The notes below the pieces were generated by a model. It searched no databases and was not told the origin of the DNA. It was given only the letters and a program-made list of their open reading frames with translations. From positions 2,473-41,794 of the forward strand of contig NW_027592965.1 of the NCBI RefSeq assembly GCF_964213995.1: DNA of 39,322 bases, read 5' to 3'. Position 1 is the stretch's first letter. Every line of letters begins with the position of its first letter. The stretch is from Mustelus asterias (Eukaryota). Made by a program: the position numbers and the translations under genes. This document shows, in pieces, positions 20,851 to 33,164 of the stretch.

Positions 20851-20879
20851 GAGACCCAAATGACAAGTTGTCACAGTGT

Positions 20880-21210
20880 CATAGATGTTTACAGCATGGA
20901 AACAGGCCCTTTGGCCCAACTTGTCATGCTGCCCTTTTTCTTTTAACCCCTAAGCTGGTCCCAATTCCCCACATTTGGCCCATATCCCTCTACATCTATC
21001 TTACCCATGTAACTGTCTAAATGCTTTTTAAAAGATAAAATTGTGTCCGTCTCTACTACTACCTCTGGCAGCTTGTTCCAGACGCTCATCGCTCTCTGTG
21101 TGAAAAGATTGCCCCTCTGGACACTTTTGTATCTCTCCCCTCTCACCTTAAACCCATGCCCTCGAGTTTTAGACTCCCCTACCTTTGGGAAAATATATTG
21201 ACTATCTATT
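20880..21210 (-). mobile_element. CR1 LINE 3' end
   Basis: RGERYK.VQRGN.FTQR..SVWNKLPEVVVE..FKKHLDSYM. Confidence 0.85.
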
Positions 21211-22264
21211 GTGTGTCAACCATAGAATAGCCACAGAATGAAGGAGGCCATTCAGCCCATTCAGCTGGTGTCGACTCTCTGCTAGAGCAATCGAGCCAGT
21301 CCCACTGCTCCACCTTGTCCCTGGAGCCCTGCAAATCTTTTCCCATCAGCTTCCCATCCCATTTCCTCCGGAAAGACAGCGAGGAGCAGAGAGGAAAGAG
21401 GGACTTGGGGAATGGAAGGTTTCATCTGATGTTCTTGTTGGCAGATGCTCTGTGGCGGATAAAGCTGGCAGCCTCCTCCAGAAAGCAGCACAGAGTGAAT
21501 GGAAGGGGCAGAATGTGAGTGAGATGAGACACGAGAGAGAGAGAGAGAGAGAGAGAGGGTGAAAGCTTTCTGTTTGTCAGCAAAAAGCACAATGGTGGCC
21601 CTGTGTCCTTCAGGGAGCGGCCCAGGCCTCGCTCAAAGCCTGCCCTGTCCTCACACTCACTGGGAGACGGCCATTTCTAACATGTTGTCCATGTTTCTGA
21701 GCTGACACTGAGACAAACACAACAACAGCAGCCACTATCCGGACAAGTCATCACGGAGAATGAAATGTCCAAAGGCACTTCAAAGGAAGATTGCGCGGCA
21801 GGATTTGTCCCCGAGCTGCGGAGGGAGAGATTTGGATGGATGACCAGAAGCTGGGTCAGTGAGGTTGTGTTTTAGCAATGGAGGTCCAGAGAACAGAAAA
21901 GGCCCTTCGGCCCATTGCATCTGTGCCGGTCAAAAACAAACCACCCAACTTGGCTCACGGCCTGGTAAGCCTTGGCATTGCAAATGCATAGCTAAGCACT
22001 TCTTAAACGTTCTGAGGGTCTCTGCCTCCACCACCCTTTCAGGCAGAGAGTTCCAGACTCCCACCACCCTCTGGGTGAAAAAGGTTTTCCTCACATCCCC
22101 TGTAAACCTCCTGCCCCTTACCCTAAATCTATACCCCCTGGTCATTGATCCCACCACCAAGGGGAAAGCTTTCTTCCCGTCTACTCTATCGATGTCCCTC
22201 ATAATCTTATCCATCTCCATCATGTTCCCCCTCAGCCTCCTCTGCTCCACGGAAAACAACCCCA

Positions 22265-22399
22265 GGGTGGAATCTTATCACCGTTCAGGCCGGCAGGATT
22301 TTCCCATCCCACTGCAGTGAAAGGAGATTTGGCTGGTCACCAGATTCTCCGACCTCGCTGAGCGGGAGTGTGGCATCAACAGGTGGTAAGATCACACCC
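22265..22399. mobile_element. 135-bp MITE with terminal inverted repeats
   Basis: 5' end GGGTGGAATCTTATCACC versus reverse complement of the 3' end GGGTGTGATCTTACCACC; flanked by CCA/TCA. Confidence 0.7.
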
Positions 22400-22429
22400 T
22401 CAGTCTATAAAATCTCTCTTCAGTTCGAG

Positions 22430-22725
22430 TGGCGGCACGGTAGCACAGTGGTTAGCACTGCTGCCTCACAGCGCCAGGGACCCGGGTTCAATTCCGGCCT
22501 CGGGTTACTGTCTGTGTGGAGTTTGCACATTCTCCCCGTGTCTGCGTGGGTTTCCTCCGGGTGCATTGTCCATGCAAAATTGCCCTGAGGGTCCCGCGAT
22601 GTATAGGTTAGGGGGATTAGCGGGAAAATACGTGGGGTTACGGGGTAAGCTTGGGTAAGAGTCCGTGCAGATTTGATGGGTCGAATGGCCTCATTCTGGA
22701 CTGTAGGGATTCTATGATTCTATGA
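22430..22725 (+). mobile_element. HE1-type V-SINE
   Basis: GGCGGCACGGTAGCACAGTGGTTAGCAC...CTGTAGGGATTCTATGATTCTATGA. Confidence 0.88.
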
Positions 22726-22838
22726 ACTAAAACTCTCCAGGCCAGGCAACATCCTGGTGAATCTCCTCTGCACCTTTTCCAGTGCTATCACATCCCTCCT
22801 ATCCTGTGCATTCCACAACTGCACAATGTTTCGATGAG

Positions 22839-23132
22839 GGGCGGCACAGTGGTTAACGCTGCTGCCTCACAGCGCCAGGGACCCGGGTTTGATTCCTGGC
22901 TTGGGTCACTGTCAGTGTGGAGTTTGTACATTCTCCCCGTGTCTGCGTGGGTTTCCACCGGGTGCTGCGGTTTCCTCCCACAGTTCGAACGACGCGCTGG
23001 TTAGGTGTATCAGCCATGCTAAATTCTCCCCAAGTTGCCCAAACAGGCGCCAGAGCATGGCGACTACGGATTTTCCACAGTAACTTCATTGCAGTGTTAA
23101 TGTAACCCTACTTGTGACACTAATAAATAAAC
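22839..23132 (+). mobile_element. V-SINE with type B tail
   Basis: HE1 head and core followed by CACAGTAACTTCATTGCAGTGTTAATGTAACCCTACTTGTGACACTAATAAA. Confidence 0.85.
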
Positions 23133-23494
23133 TTTTAAACCTGATACTCGATTCCCCCATGTTGGCCTTGTTCTGTGATAATTAATGCGGATGTTTAGAT
23201 TATTCAATAGTTCTTTGAGGACAGCAGACACAGGGAAAAAAAAACATGTGGCTCTGTACACAACAGATATATTTCAAGGGGATATTGCAGCCAGCTGTAT
23301 CTGAGTGGCAGTAATCTTCCCTCAGAATCAGACAGATTGTGGGTTCAGCTCAGAGCCTCAAATACTAGGCCCTTAGCATCGATCAGAGCCTCCGCGCACA
23401 GCATGATGGGAGAGCGGACAAAGGAAAGTGGTGTTGAATTTGTGAGCCTTGTTTTGTGGAAAGCTTTAGTGTTTGGTCAGAATGTTAATTTTTG

Positions 23495-23830
23495 AGTGGA
23501 CCTACCATACATTAAGCTGATCTTTCTCTATACCCTATCGGTAACTGCAACACTGTATTCTGCACCCTCTCCTCTCCTTCTCCCGAATGGACTCGATGAA
23601 CGGTATGTTTTGTCTGTGTCGCGTGCAAGAAACAAAACTTTTCACCGTGTCCCAATACATGGGATAGGGCTACATGGTGGACAGTGTTTAGCACTGCTGC
23701 CTCACAGCACCAGGAACCCGGGTTCAATTCTCGGTTGGGAGTTGAGTTTGCACATTCTCCCTGTGTCTGCGTGGGTTCCCTCCGGGTGCCCCGGTTTCCT
23801 TCCACAGTCCAAAGATGTGCAGATTAGGTG
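23495..23830 (+). mobile_element. Rex1-like 3' UTR fragment followed by a partial V-SINE
   Basis: 23495-23660 is the reverse-complement homolog of ~20235-20405; 23670-23830 has a SINE head and core. Confidence 0.7.
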
Positions 23831-24169
23831 GAATCCGAGACGCTACAGAAGCAGGGTAAAGATTTGAAAATGAAGTGTTTCTTACCCACTTTTAAAAGAC
23901 AATCCACATTCACACCAGTCACATTTCACACACTCTGCTCAGTCCTGTGTTGGGGGGGTGTTTAGTGCGGGATCAGTGTTTGCTTTTCTCAAACCGCAGT
24001 GATATTCTCAACAAGGGCACGAGGTTTCAGTGTTTAAACATGTAAAGATTACAAAACTAAACCAGACAGAAAGTGATGAGGCCTCACACCTTCAATGTAG
24101 TAATCTTCGCTCAGAGTCAGAGAGATTGTGGGTTCAGGTCAGAGCCTGAAATACTAGGCCCTTAGCATC

Positions 24170-24822
24170 GAGACACACAGAGACAGAGAAACACAGAGAC
24201 AGAGACAGATACAGAGAAATGCAGAGACAGAGAGACACACACAGATACATAGAGAGATATACACACAGAGGCAGAGAGAGAGACACAGATCCAGAGAAGT
24301 ACAGAGACAGAGAGACACACAGATACAGAGAAATAGAGACAGAGAGAAACAAAGAGAGAGACACAAACACAGAGACAGAGTGAAATATACAAATATACAG
24401 AGAGAGACACAGATACAGAGAAATACAGAGACAGATACACAGAGAGATAGAGACACAGAGAGATAGAGACACAGAGAGACACACAGATACACAGAGAGAT
24501 AGAGACAGAGAAACACAGACAGATAGAGACACAGAGAGATAGAGACACAGAGAGACACACAGATACACAGAGAGATAGAAACAGAGAGACACACAGACAC
24601 ACAGAGAGATAGAGACACAGAGAGACACACAGATACACAGAGAGATAGAGACAGAGAGACACACAGTTACACAGTGAGATAGAAACAGAGAGACACACAG
24701 ATACACAGAGAGATAGAGACACAGAGAGACGCACAGATACACAGAGAGACGCACAGATACACAGAGAGATAGAGACAGAGAGACACACACATAAACACAC
24801 CAACAGAGAAATACAGAAAGAG
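24170..24822. repeat. Compound GA/CA low-complexity repeat
   Basis: ACACAGAGAGATAGAG-type units; the minus-strand SLCV-rich ORFs are artefacts. Confidence 0.9.
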
Positions 24823-26727
24823 AGTTTGGCAAAGTCAGATTTTATTTTCCATTCAATATTTATTTACAAATTCAGAGAATATTTGACAGGAAAATTGATT
24901 TTAAAGTTAACAAAAGTGAATCTGACCTTTGAGCTTCACAATGAGATCAGAACCCCCCCCGCTCTGAACTGCCCAATATCTGTACAGCTGTACCAGACAC
25001 CAGAAAGAGAAAACCAGAGCTCAACATCACGGGAAATGAACAATTGTGAACAAGGAACGAGAAAAGTTATTAATTTATACCTGAGATTTAAACTACAGGA
25101 AAACTATTAACTACAATTACATTACAACAAAAGTTACCTTCTACATTTCACACTGAAAACTGAACTACCGCCCACAATTGTCTCAGTGACAGATTCAGAA
25201 TGATAAACTGAGAGAATTTCACTGTTGGAGTCACCGACAGCAGATATTGTATTTGTGTCAATCAGGAATCTTAATAATCAGCTGAGGGAAATCTACACCG
25301 TCCAAAATTCAACCCATCACTTGATCTGTAAAAGAAAGATACAATAATGAAGCAGATGTTTATGATGCGGGACATTAATGTTAGAGTTTTTAATCAATGA
25401 ATCATTTAGAGATTTTTCAAATCCCTTCTGTCAGTTTGACAATCCACTCTGACACCAGTCACATTTCACACTCTCTGCTCAGTCCTGTGTTGGGGGGGGT
25501 GTTTAGTGTGGGATCAGTGTTTGCTTTTCTCAAACCGCAGTGATATTCCCAACAAGGGCAAGAGGTTTCAGTGTTTAAAAATGTAAAGATTTCAGAACAA
25601 AACCAGACAGAGAGTGATGAGGCCTCACACCTTCAATGTAGTGAATCCCCCAATCTTTCCTTTTGTATATTGTTTCCTTCCTCTGTCTGAAGTATTGGAG
25701 ACGTCGACATCACTGAAACAATACAATCTCTCGGGACAATCACTGTAAACAGCTTCTGGAAACAAATTAACACTTTAATCACCAAAAAAGCTGAATGTCC
25801 ATTCAAACACCTCCCTCCCCATATCCTTGTAAATGCAAAGATAACTCCCATTTCCCCAAAGCAGGAAGATGTGAAATGGAAACATCTTCAGCTTTTTACA
25901 CACTGCACTTTTCCACGGACCAAAATGTTTCAAAACATTTGCTGAAGTTTTGTTTTAAACTCTTTATCAATGTCCTTCCAGGTTTAGTGTAAAGGTTTGT
26001 GTTCCACACTGAGCCCCTCTCAGTCTCCACACGGAGCTTGTGTGTGTTGCTGATGCTCCTGTCGTTTTGGATGGATACTGTGTGAAGCTGCATTCTCTCC
26101 CAGTGAGTTTCTGATCTACTTCACTCTCTCTGCGGCTGGAGCAATGTCCAGCAGGCAGCAGAGGATGGCAGTGTATCACAGTCAGCACAATATAGACAAA
26201 CAGCCTTTAGCAAGAGAGGCTTTGACCCTTTTTCAAACCAAATCCCCAATTTGATGTTTCCAGCTGCGCTGTTTACAATGCTGCTGAATATTGTGTGTCT
26301 TTGGTAAACTGGGATGTGTAGCATTCAGTCACATTAAGTGGTCAATAAATACGTCCACACTGTGTATATCTTTCTGTGTGTGTGTGTCAGCGTGCATGTG
26401 TGTCAATGTATTTAAATCTCAAAGGAAAATAGGAGCAGGTGTAGGCCATTTGGCCCATCGATCCTGCGCCAGCATTCAAACAGATCATGGTGCACGTACG
26501 CACACAAAACACGCACACACCAACACACACAAAACACGCACACACCAACACACACAAAACACGCACACACCAACACACACAAAACACGCACACACACAAA
26601 GCACGCACACACACAAAACACACACACACAAGCACACATAAAACACGCACAAAAAGCACACACACAAATCACACACACAAACAATAAACACACACACACA
26701 CAGAAACACACACACACGCATCAAACA

Positions 26728-27042
26728 CACAGTTAGCACTGCTGCCTCACAGTGCCAAGGACCCGGGTTCGATTCCCGGCTTGGGTCACTGTCTGTGCGG
26801 AGTTTGCACGTTCTCCCCGTTTCTGCGTGGGTTTCCTCCGGGTGCCCCGGTTTCCTCCTACAGTCTGAAAGACGTTCTGGTTCGGGTGCATTGGCCGTGC
26901 TAAATTGTCCCTCCGCGTCAGGGAGACTAGCTTGGGTAAATGCATGGGGTAATGGGGATAGGGCCTGGGTGGGATTGTGGTCGGTGCAGACTCAATGGGC
27001 CAAATGGCCTCCTTCTGCACTGTAGGAGTCTAGGATTCCATG
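26728..27042 (+). mobile_element. HE1-type V-SINE, preceded by a CA-rich repeat (26495-26728)
   Basis: GTTAGCACTGCTGCCTCACAG..GGGTTCGATTCCCGG..V-core..CTGCACTGTAGG. Confidence 0.85.
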
Positions 27043-27240
27043 AAAACACACAGAAACAGATATTCTCACCCAGTAACACTCAGGCGCACACAGTAATAAA
27101 CACANNNNNNNNNNNNNNNNNNNNNNNNNNNNNNNNNNNNNNNNNNNNNNNNNNNNNNNNNNNNNNNNNNNNNNNNNNNNNNNNNNNNNNNNNNNNNNNN
27201 NNNNNNNNNNNNNNNNNNNNNNNNNNNNNNNNNNNNNNNN

Positions 27241-27500
27241 CACAATCGATTTGCGTCTTGAACATGCTGAATGATTGGGCTTCCACATCCCCCTGGAATA
27301 GAAAATTCCAAAGATTCACCACCCTCTGAGTGAAGAAATTCCTCCTCACCTAAGTCTTCAATGGTCTGCCCCTGATTCTGAGATTGTGTCCCCTGGTTCT
27401 AGTCTCACCAGCCAGGGGAAACATCCAATCTACATCCACCCTGTCACACCCTGTACGAATTTTAAGTCTGTTACAATGGGATCGCCTCTCATTCTTCAAG
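27241..27500 (-). mobile_element. CR1 LINE fragment
   Basis: MRRNFFTQRVVNLWN.L....VEA.S...FKT.ID. Confidence 0.75.
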
Positions 27501-27597
27501 GGTTCAAGGCCGACTTCCGGACTTGATGGCCATGGAAGGTGTGCTCATAACGGGGCCAAACAGCTGGATTATCAAACAGTAAATCCTGCCGGGATCA

Positions 27598-29229
27598 TGT
27601 ATCCGTAAACTCTGCCCGAAACCTCTCTCAGTTATTACAATCTGGGCCTTGTATCAGTAATCTCTGCTCTAAACCTCTCTCAGTTATTACAATCTGGGCC
27701 TTGTATCCGAAAAACTCTGCCCGAAACCTCTCTCAGTTATTACAATCTGGGCCTTGTATCAGTAAACTCTGCCCGAAACCTCTCTCAGTTATTACAATCT
27801 GGGCCTTGTATCAGTAAACTCTGCCCGAAACCTCTCTCAGTTATTACAATCTGGGCCTTGTATCAGTAAACTCTGTCCGAAACCTCACTCAGTTATTACA
27901 ATCTGGGCCTTGTATCAGTAATCTCTGCCTGAAACCTCTCTCAGTTATTACAATCTGGGCCTGGTATCAGTAAACTCTGCCCGAAACCTCTTTCAGTTAT
28001 TACAATCTGGGCCTTGTATCAGTCATCTCTGCCCAAAACCTCTCTCAGTTATTACAATCTGGGCCTTGTATCAGTAAACTCTGCCTGAAACCTCTCTCAG
28101 TTATTACAATCTGGGCTTTGTATCAGTAATCTCTGCCCTAACCCTCTCTCAGTTATTACAATCTGGGTTTTGTATCAGTAATCTCTGCCCTAAACCTCTC
28201 TCAGTTATTACAATCTGGGCCTTGTATCAGTAATCTCTGCCCGAAAGTTCTCTCAGTCATTACAATCTGGGCCTTGTATCAGTAATCTCTGCCATAAACC
28301 TCTCTCAGTTATTACAATCTGGGTTTTCAATCGGTAAACTCTGCCCGAAACCTTGCTCAGTTATTACAATCTGGGCTTTGTATCAGTAAACTCTGCCCGA
28401 AACCTCTCTCGGTTATTACAATCTGGGCCTTGTATCAGTAATCTCTGCCCGAAACCTCTCTCGGTTATTACAATATGGGCCTTGTATCAGTAATCTCTTC
28501 CCTACAACTCTCTCAGTTATTACAATCTGGGCCTTGATTCAGTAAACTCTGCCCTAAACCTCTCTCAGTTATTACAATCTGGGCCTTGTTTCAGTAAACT
28601 CTGCCCTAAACATCTCTCAGTCATTACAACCTGGGACTTATATCAGTAAACTCTGCCCGAAACATCTCTCAGTTATTACAATCTGGGCCTGGTATCAGTA
28701 ATCTCTGACCGAAACCTCTCTCAGTTATTACAATCTGGGCGTTGTATCAGTAATCTCTGCCTTAAACCTCTCTCAGTTATTACAATCTGGGACTTGTATC
28801 AGTAATCTCTGCCATAAACCTCTCTCAGTTATTACAATATGGGCACTGTGTCAGTAATCTCTGCCCTACAACTCTCTCAGTTATTACAATCTGGGCCTTG
28901 ATTCAGCAAACTTTGCCCTAAACCTCTCTGTTATTACAATCTGGGCCTGGTATCAGTAATCTCTGCCCTAAACCTCTCTCAGTCATTACAATCTGGGCTT
29001 TGTATCAGTAATCTCTGCCCTAAACCACTCTCAGTTATTACAATCTGGGCCTGGTATCAGTAATCTCTGCCCGATACCTCTCTCAGTTATTACAATCTGG
29101 GCCTTGATTCAGCAAACTCTGCCCTAAACCTCTCTCAGTTATTACAGTCTGGGCCTGGTGTCAGTAATCTCTGCCCTAAACCTCCCTCTGTTATTACAAT
29201 CTGGGTCTTGTATCAGTAATCTCTGCCCT
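27598..29229. repeat. 52-bp minisatellite, ~31 copies
   Basis: Unit CTCTGCCC(G/T)AAACCTCTCTCAGTTATTACAATCTGGGCCTTGTATCAGTAA(A/T); unit starts at 27610, 27662 ... 29221. Confidence 0.95.
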
Positions 29230-29321
29230 TCAGCTGATTGGAGAATATCATTGTGAATATTACTGTGTTTGGGATGTAATATTTCCCTGCTGTTGCCAAT
29301 ATGGCTATTTTTAACATAGTT

Positions 29322-29519
29322 TCTGGGATCCTCCAGTCTCCCCTCAGCAGCTTTCTGGGCAGTGAGAGGTGACACACCGTTCACTAGCAGAGGGAGTTTT
29401 TGGTCCTGTCGCTGTCAATGGGATTTCCCATTGAAGTCACCTCACGCTAGCAGGAAACCAGAGGCAGGGGAACGAGAGCAGAGAATTCCCCACGAGTGAA
29501 CAGCCGGAGAATCCCGGAC
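29322..29519. mobile_element. Degenerate palindromic MITE-like element
   Basis: Ends TCTGGGATCCTCC and GGAGAATCCCGGA; central palindrome CAATGGGA-T-TTCCCATTG. Confidence 0.5.
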
Positions 29520-30007
29520 ATTAGCTCCTTTCCCAGTTATCACTGCACTCAACCCAGTCGCTGTTTATACGCTCAGTTGTCTCAGTGAATACTACATTAC
29601 ACCATGCTACTGTGGACACTACAATCAACCCTTTTTGAGTTCTCACTGTATTAATACCATGTATGGATTGATATTTCATTGGACAATGTGCTGGGTTGGA
29701 TGAATATTTATTGATTCTTGTGATGTGGGTGTCACTGGCTAGGTCAGCATTTATTGCCCATTCCTAGTTGCCCTGGAGAAGGTGATGATGAGCTGCCGTC
29801 TTGAACCCGCTGCTGTCTATGTGGTGTAGGTACACCCACAGTGCTGTTAGGGAGGGAACCTGCTTAAATTATCACTGCATTTAACCATGTCACTCTTTAT
29901 AAAAAATAAACTAGACCATGTCTGGGTAATGAATGTGGAGCATGTCTCCATTTCTCTTTACCTCAGCACTGTATCTGTGTATATAACACTTTATACAGTT
30001 TCAATGT

Positions 30008-30292
30008 TATTTATTAGTGTCACAAGTAGGCTTACATTAACACTGCAATGAAGTTGCTGTGAAAATCCCCTAGTTGCCACACTCCGGCGCCGTTCGGCTT
30101 CACTGAGGTAGAATTTAGCATGGCCAATCCACCGAACAGCATGTCTTTCAGACTGTGGGAGGAAACCGGAGCACTCGGAGGAAACCCAGACACGGGGAGA
30201 ACATGCAGACTCCACACAGACAGTGACGCAAGTCGGGAATCGAACCCGGGTCCCTGGCGCTGAGAGGCTGCAGTGCTAACCACTGCGCCACC
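30008..30292 (-). mobile_element. V-SINE with type B tail
   Basis: Head GGTGGCGCAGTGGTTAGCAC, V-core, tail GTAAGCCTACTTGTGACACTAATAAA. Confidence 0.85.
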
Positions 30293-32189
30293 CCTATAAA
30301 CTAGATACAGTTTCTCTTCTTAATGCATGGGGCCATCCCTCTGTATATACTACAATTGGTCTTTACTTAGTTATTGCTTCACTCAACTATGTCACTGTTT
30401 CCAATGCACTCAGTGAAGTCACAGTTATTAACGCACGCAGCCATGCCTCTATCTACACCACACCCGACAATTTCTAAGCTGTTGCTGCACTTCCCCAGGA
30501 ATAGATTTGATCTGTTTCTCTTACATTCAGCATCATCGGAGATACTGCTGTGTTCGGCCTTGTTTCATTCATTACTCAACTCACCTGTGTCTCAGTTTTA
30601 TTTTACACAAGTTCCTGTCTTTCTTATTCCTACATTCTACCCTGTTTCAGTTGTTACTGCACTGAAAAATCTCTCTGTTAGATAGACAGAGAAAGAGAGT
30701 CAGCTGGATGGATAGACGAATATTCCTTTCAAGTTATATATTTGTGTGGGTCAGCTGGTGCCACCACTCTTGTTTGGAACAGTTTTTGTTTGGTCTTGTT
30801 ACCAGCTATTGGGTGTTGTGTGAAATGTCCAATTGCTCCAGTATTGTGTGTGTAATATTGGTGTTGAAAGATTGGGTGAATTTCGCTCGAGTCTCTTGGA
30901 GATGAGCAGAAATTGAGGAAGGGAAATAAAGTTGAACGTCGGTAAAGGGAAAGTGACCACAGTCCCAGATGACGATCTGCTGCTCTCCCCTTTGAGGGGG
31001 AGAACTCGCTGGCGGTGATTTACCACACCTCAGGCCAGGGGAAAGGTTGAAAGGGTTGGGCTTTCATGACGTGTTGGAGACTTTGTGCATCTCAGACCAG
31101 CTGTCCAGCCAACTGAGTGAAGCAACTTCCATATTGCCACATTTCAATGCATGTTGCACAACCTGGTCACAAACTATTGCATTGGAGATTACTCACTGAT
31201 ATTGGGATTGATCTGTGACAATTCTCACAGTCGCGTATGTGTGTGTGTTTGTGTGTGTATGTTTCTGTCTGTGTGCATGTTAGTGGATATGTTTTTACAG
31301 ATTCCCAGAGAGAGAGAGAGAGCGAGAGATGCAGAGACCAACAGATGACAGGGTCAAGGAGAGTGAGAGAAAGAGAGAGCCAGATTGAGAGAGGCACTGA
31401 GAGACAATGTCTGTCCAAATCCTCTTGAAGCCACTTTGCATTTTCCTCACAACTCACATTCCCACCGAGCTTTGTGTCAACCGCAAACTTGGAAATATGA
31501 CATTAGGTCCCCACATCCAAATCATTGATAAACATTGTGAACATCTGGGAACAAAGTCCAGATCCTTGTGGCACAGCCGGCCGACACAAGACGGAGAAAT
31601 CATCTGGCCGGGAACACAACAGCGACATTTTTCAGGGAAGCTTGGAGCCAGCTGTGTCTCAGTGGATCATAATCTGACCTCAGAATCATTCAATTGTGGC
31701 TTCAGTTACAGCATCAAATTCTCGGCCAGGCTGGAAAACAAATCACTCCTCAAATCCCCAAATAAAACGTTCTGGGATCTGAACTTAAAATGCTGTAACT
31801 GATCATGGAGGAAAGAGTGGGGTCTAATAGACACTGAGAAGATAACTTGCATCTGAATCATAGAACGGTGACAGCACAGGAGGCCATTCAGCCCCATCAA
31901 GCCAGTGCGACACTCTGCAAGAGCAATGTCACTATTCCCACTCCTCCACCCTTTCCCCGTCACCCTGTAAATATTTCCCCTTCAGCTTCCCATTCAACTT
32001 CTCCTGGAAGTCCTTGATGGAATCTGCTTCCACCTCACGCTCAGACAGTGCATTCCAGATACTGGACACTCACTACGTTAGAAACATTTCCTCATGTTGC
32101 CGCTGTCGCCATTTACCTGAATTCAGCATCCTCTGGTTTTCAACCTTTCCCCCAATGTGCCGATTATCTCAAAGCCGATCCTCTCAGTC

Positions 32190-32350
32190 CCGGGACGTCC
32201 CTGCAGGAGTTCCTCAGGGTGAGTGTCCGAGGCCCCAACCATCTTCAGCTGCTCCAACACTGACCTTCCCTCCATCACAAGGTCTGAAGTGGGGATGTTC
32301 GCTGATGATTGCACAATGTTCAGCACCATACGCAACTCCTCAGATACTGA
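32190..32350 (+). mobile_element. CR1/L2-group reverse transcriptase fragment
   Basis: DVPAGVPQG..PTIFSC...DLPSI.RSEVGMFADDCTMFSTIR (catalytic FADD), frameshifted. Confidence 0.8.
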
Positions 32351-33164
32351 AACAGAAAATAAGAACATACCAAACAGGTCAGGCAGCATCTGTGGAGAGA
32401 GAAACAGATTCTGGGACCAGGGGGACTGAGAGACAGGCAGATTGAGAAAAATATGCACGCACACTAACACTCACACTCAGACAGCCTAAAACTAAACAGA
32501 TATATAATGGAGGAGGAATCCCTTCTCCCTCTGTAAATAGAGATTAACTAGATTTCTCTTCCAAAAAGACAGCACATCTGGATGGGCAGAATAGTCTCCA
32601 ATTCTACCCATGGTCCTTTTCTGATCTCCATTCTTCACATCTGCACACGTTGGCTTCAGCTCCAGTTTGTGAATGAAAGCAAACGCCTGTTCATTACAAA
32701 TCCACTCAGCCTTTTCCCTCTGCTCTCTCCACACACAATCTACAAGACACAAACAGGAAAGATGGATTCCAGGAGAGAAAGGTCACACCTGATCCTCCTC
32801 TCAATGGATTCTCTGTCGCCAGAGAGAACATTCCAGCTCCTACAGAAAGTCACAACTGATTAATGTCAGGGACAGAATTGGAATGAATTAGACACAAGAG
32901 AGATGAAAGGTTTCTGCTCATCATAAAAAGCTAAAGAGTCACTCAATGTCATTAAGGGAGAGACCTCGCTGGTCTATCTTTGACCCAAGTCACGCACTGA
33001 CTCTGAATGTCCTCACAGCAACTTGGGGGATGGACATTTCTAAAGTACTATTCATGGCTTTAGGGTTTCCAAAAGTGTTTCACCGACAATGGAGCGCTTT
33101 TGAAATGTTGTCAGTGTTATTTAGGAAATAAGCAAACTTTTGACGCCACACACATTGAGTTTAA

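Larger units (their letters stand above)
21885..22825 (-). mobile_element. CR1 fragment interrupted by a MITE (22265-22399) and an HE1 SINE (22430-22725)
   Basis: LFSVEQRRLRG..DKIMRDIDRVDGKK.FP..RGYRFRVRG..FFTQRVVGVWNSLPE; CR1 sequence resumes after each insert. Confidence 0.8.
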
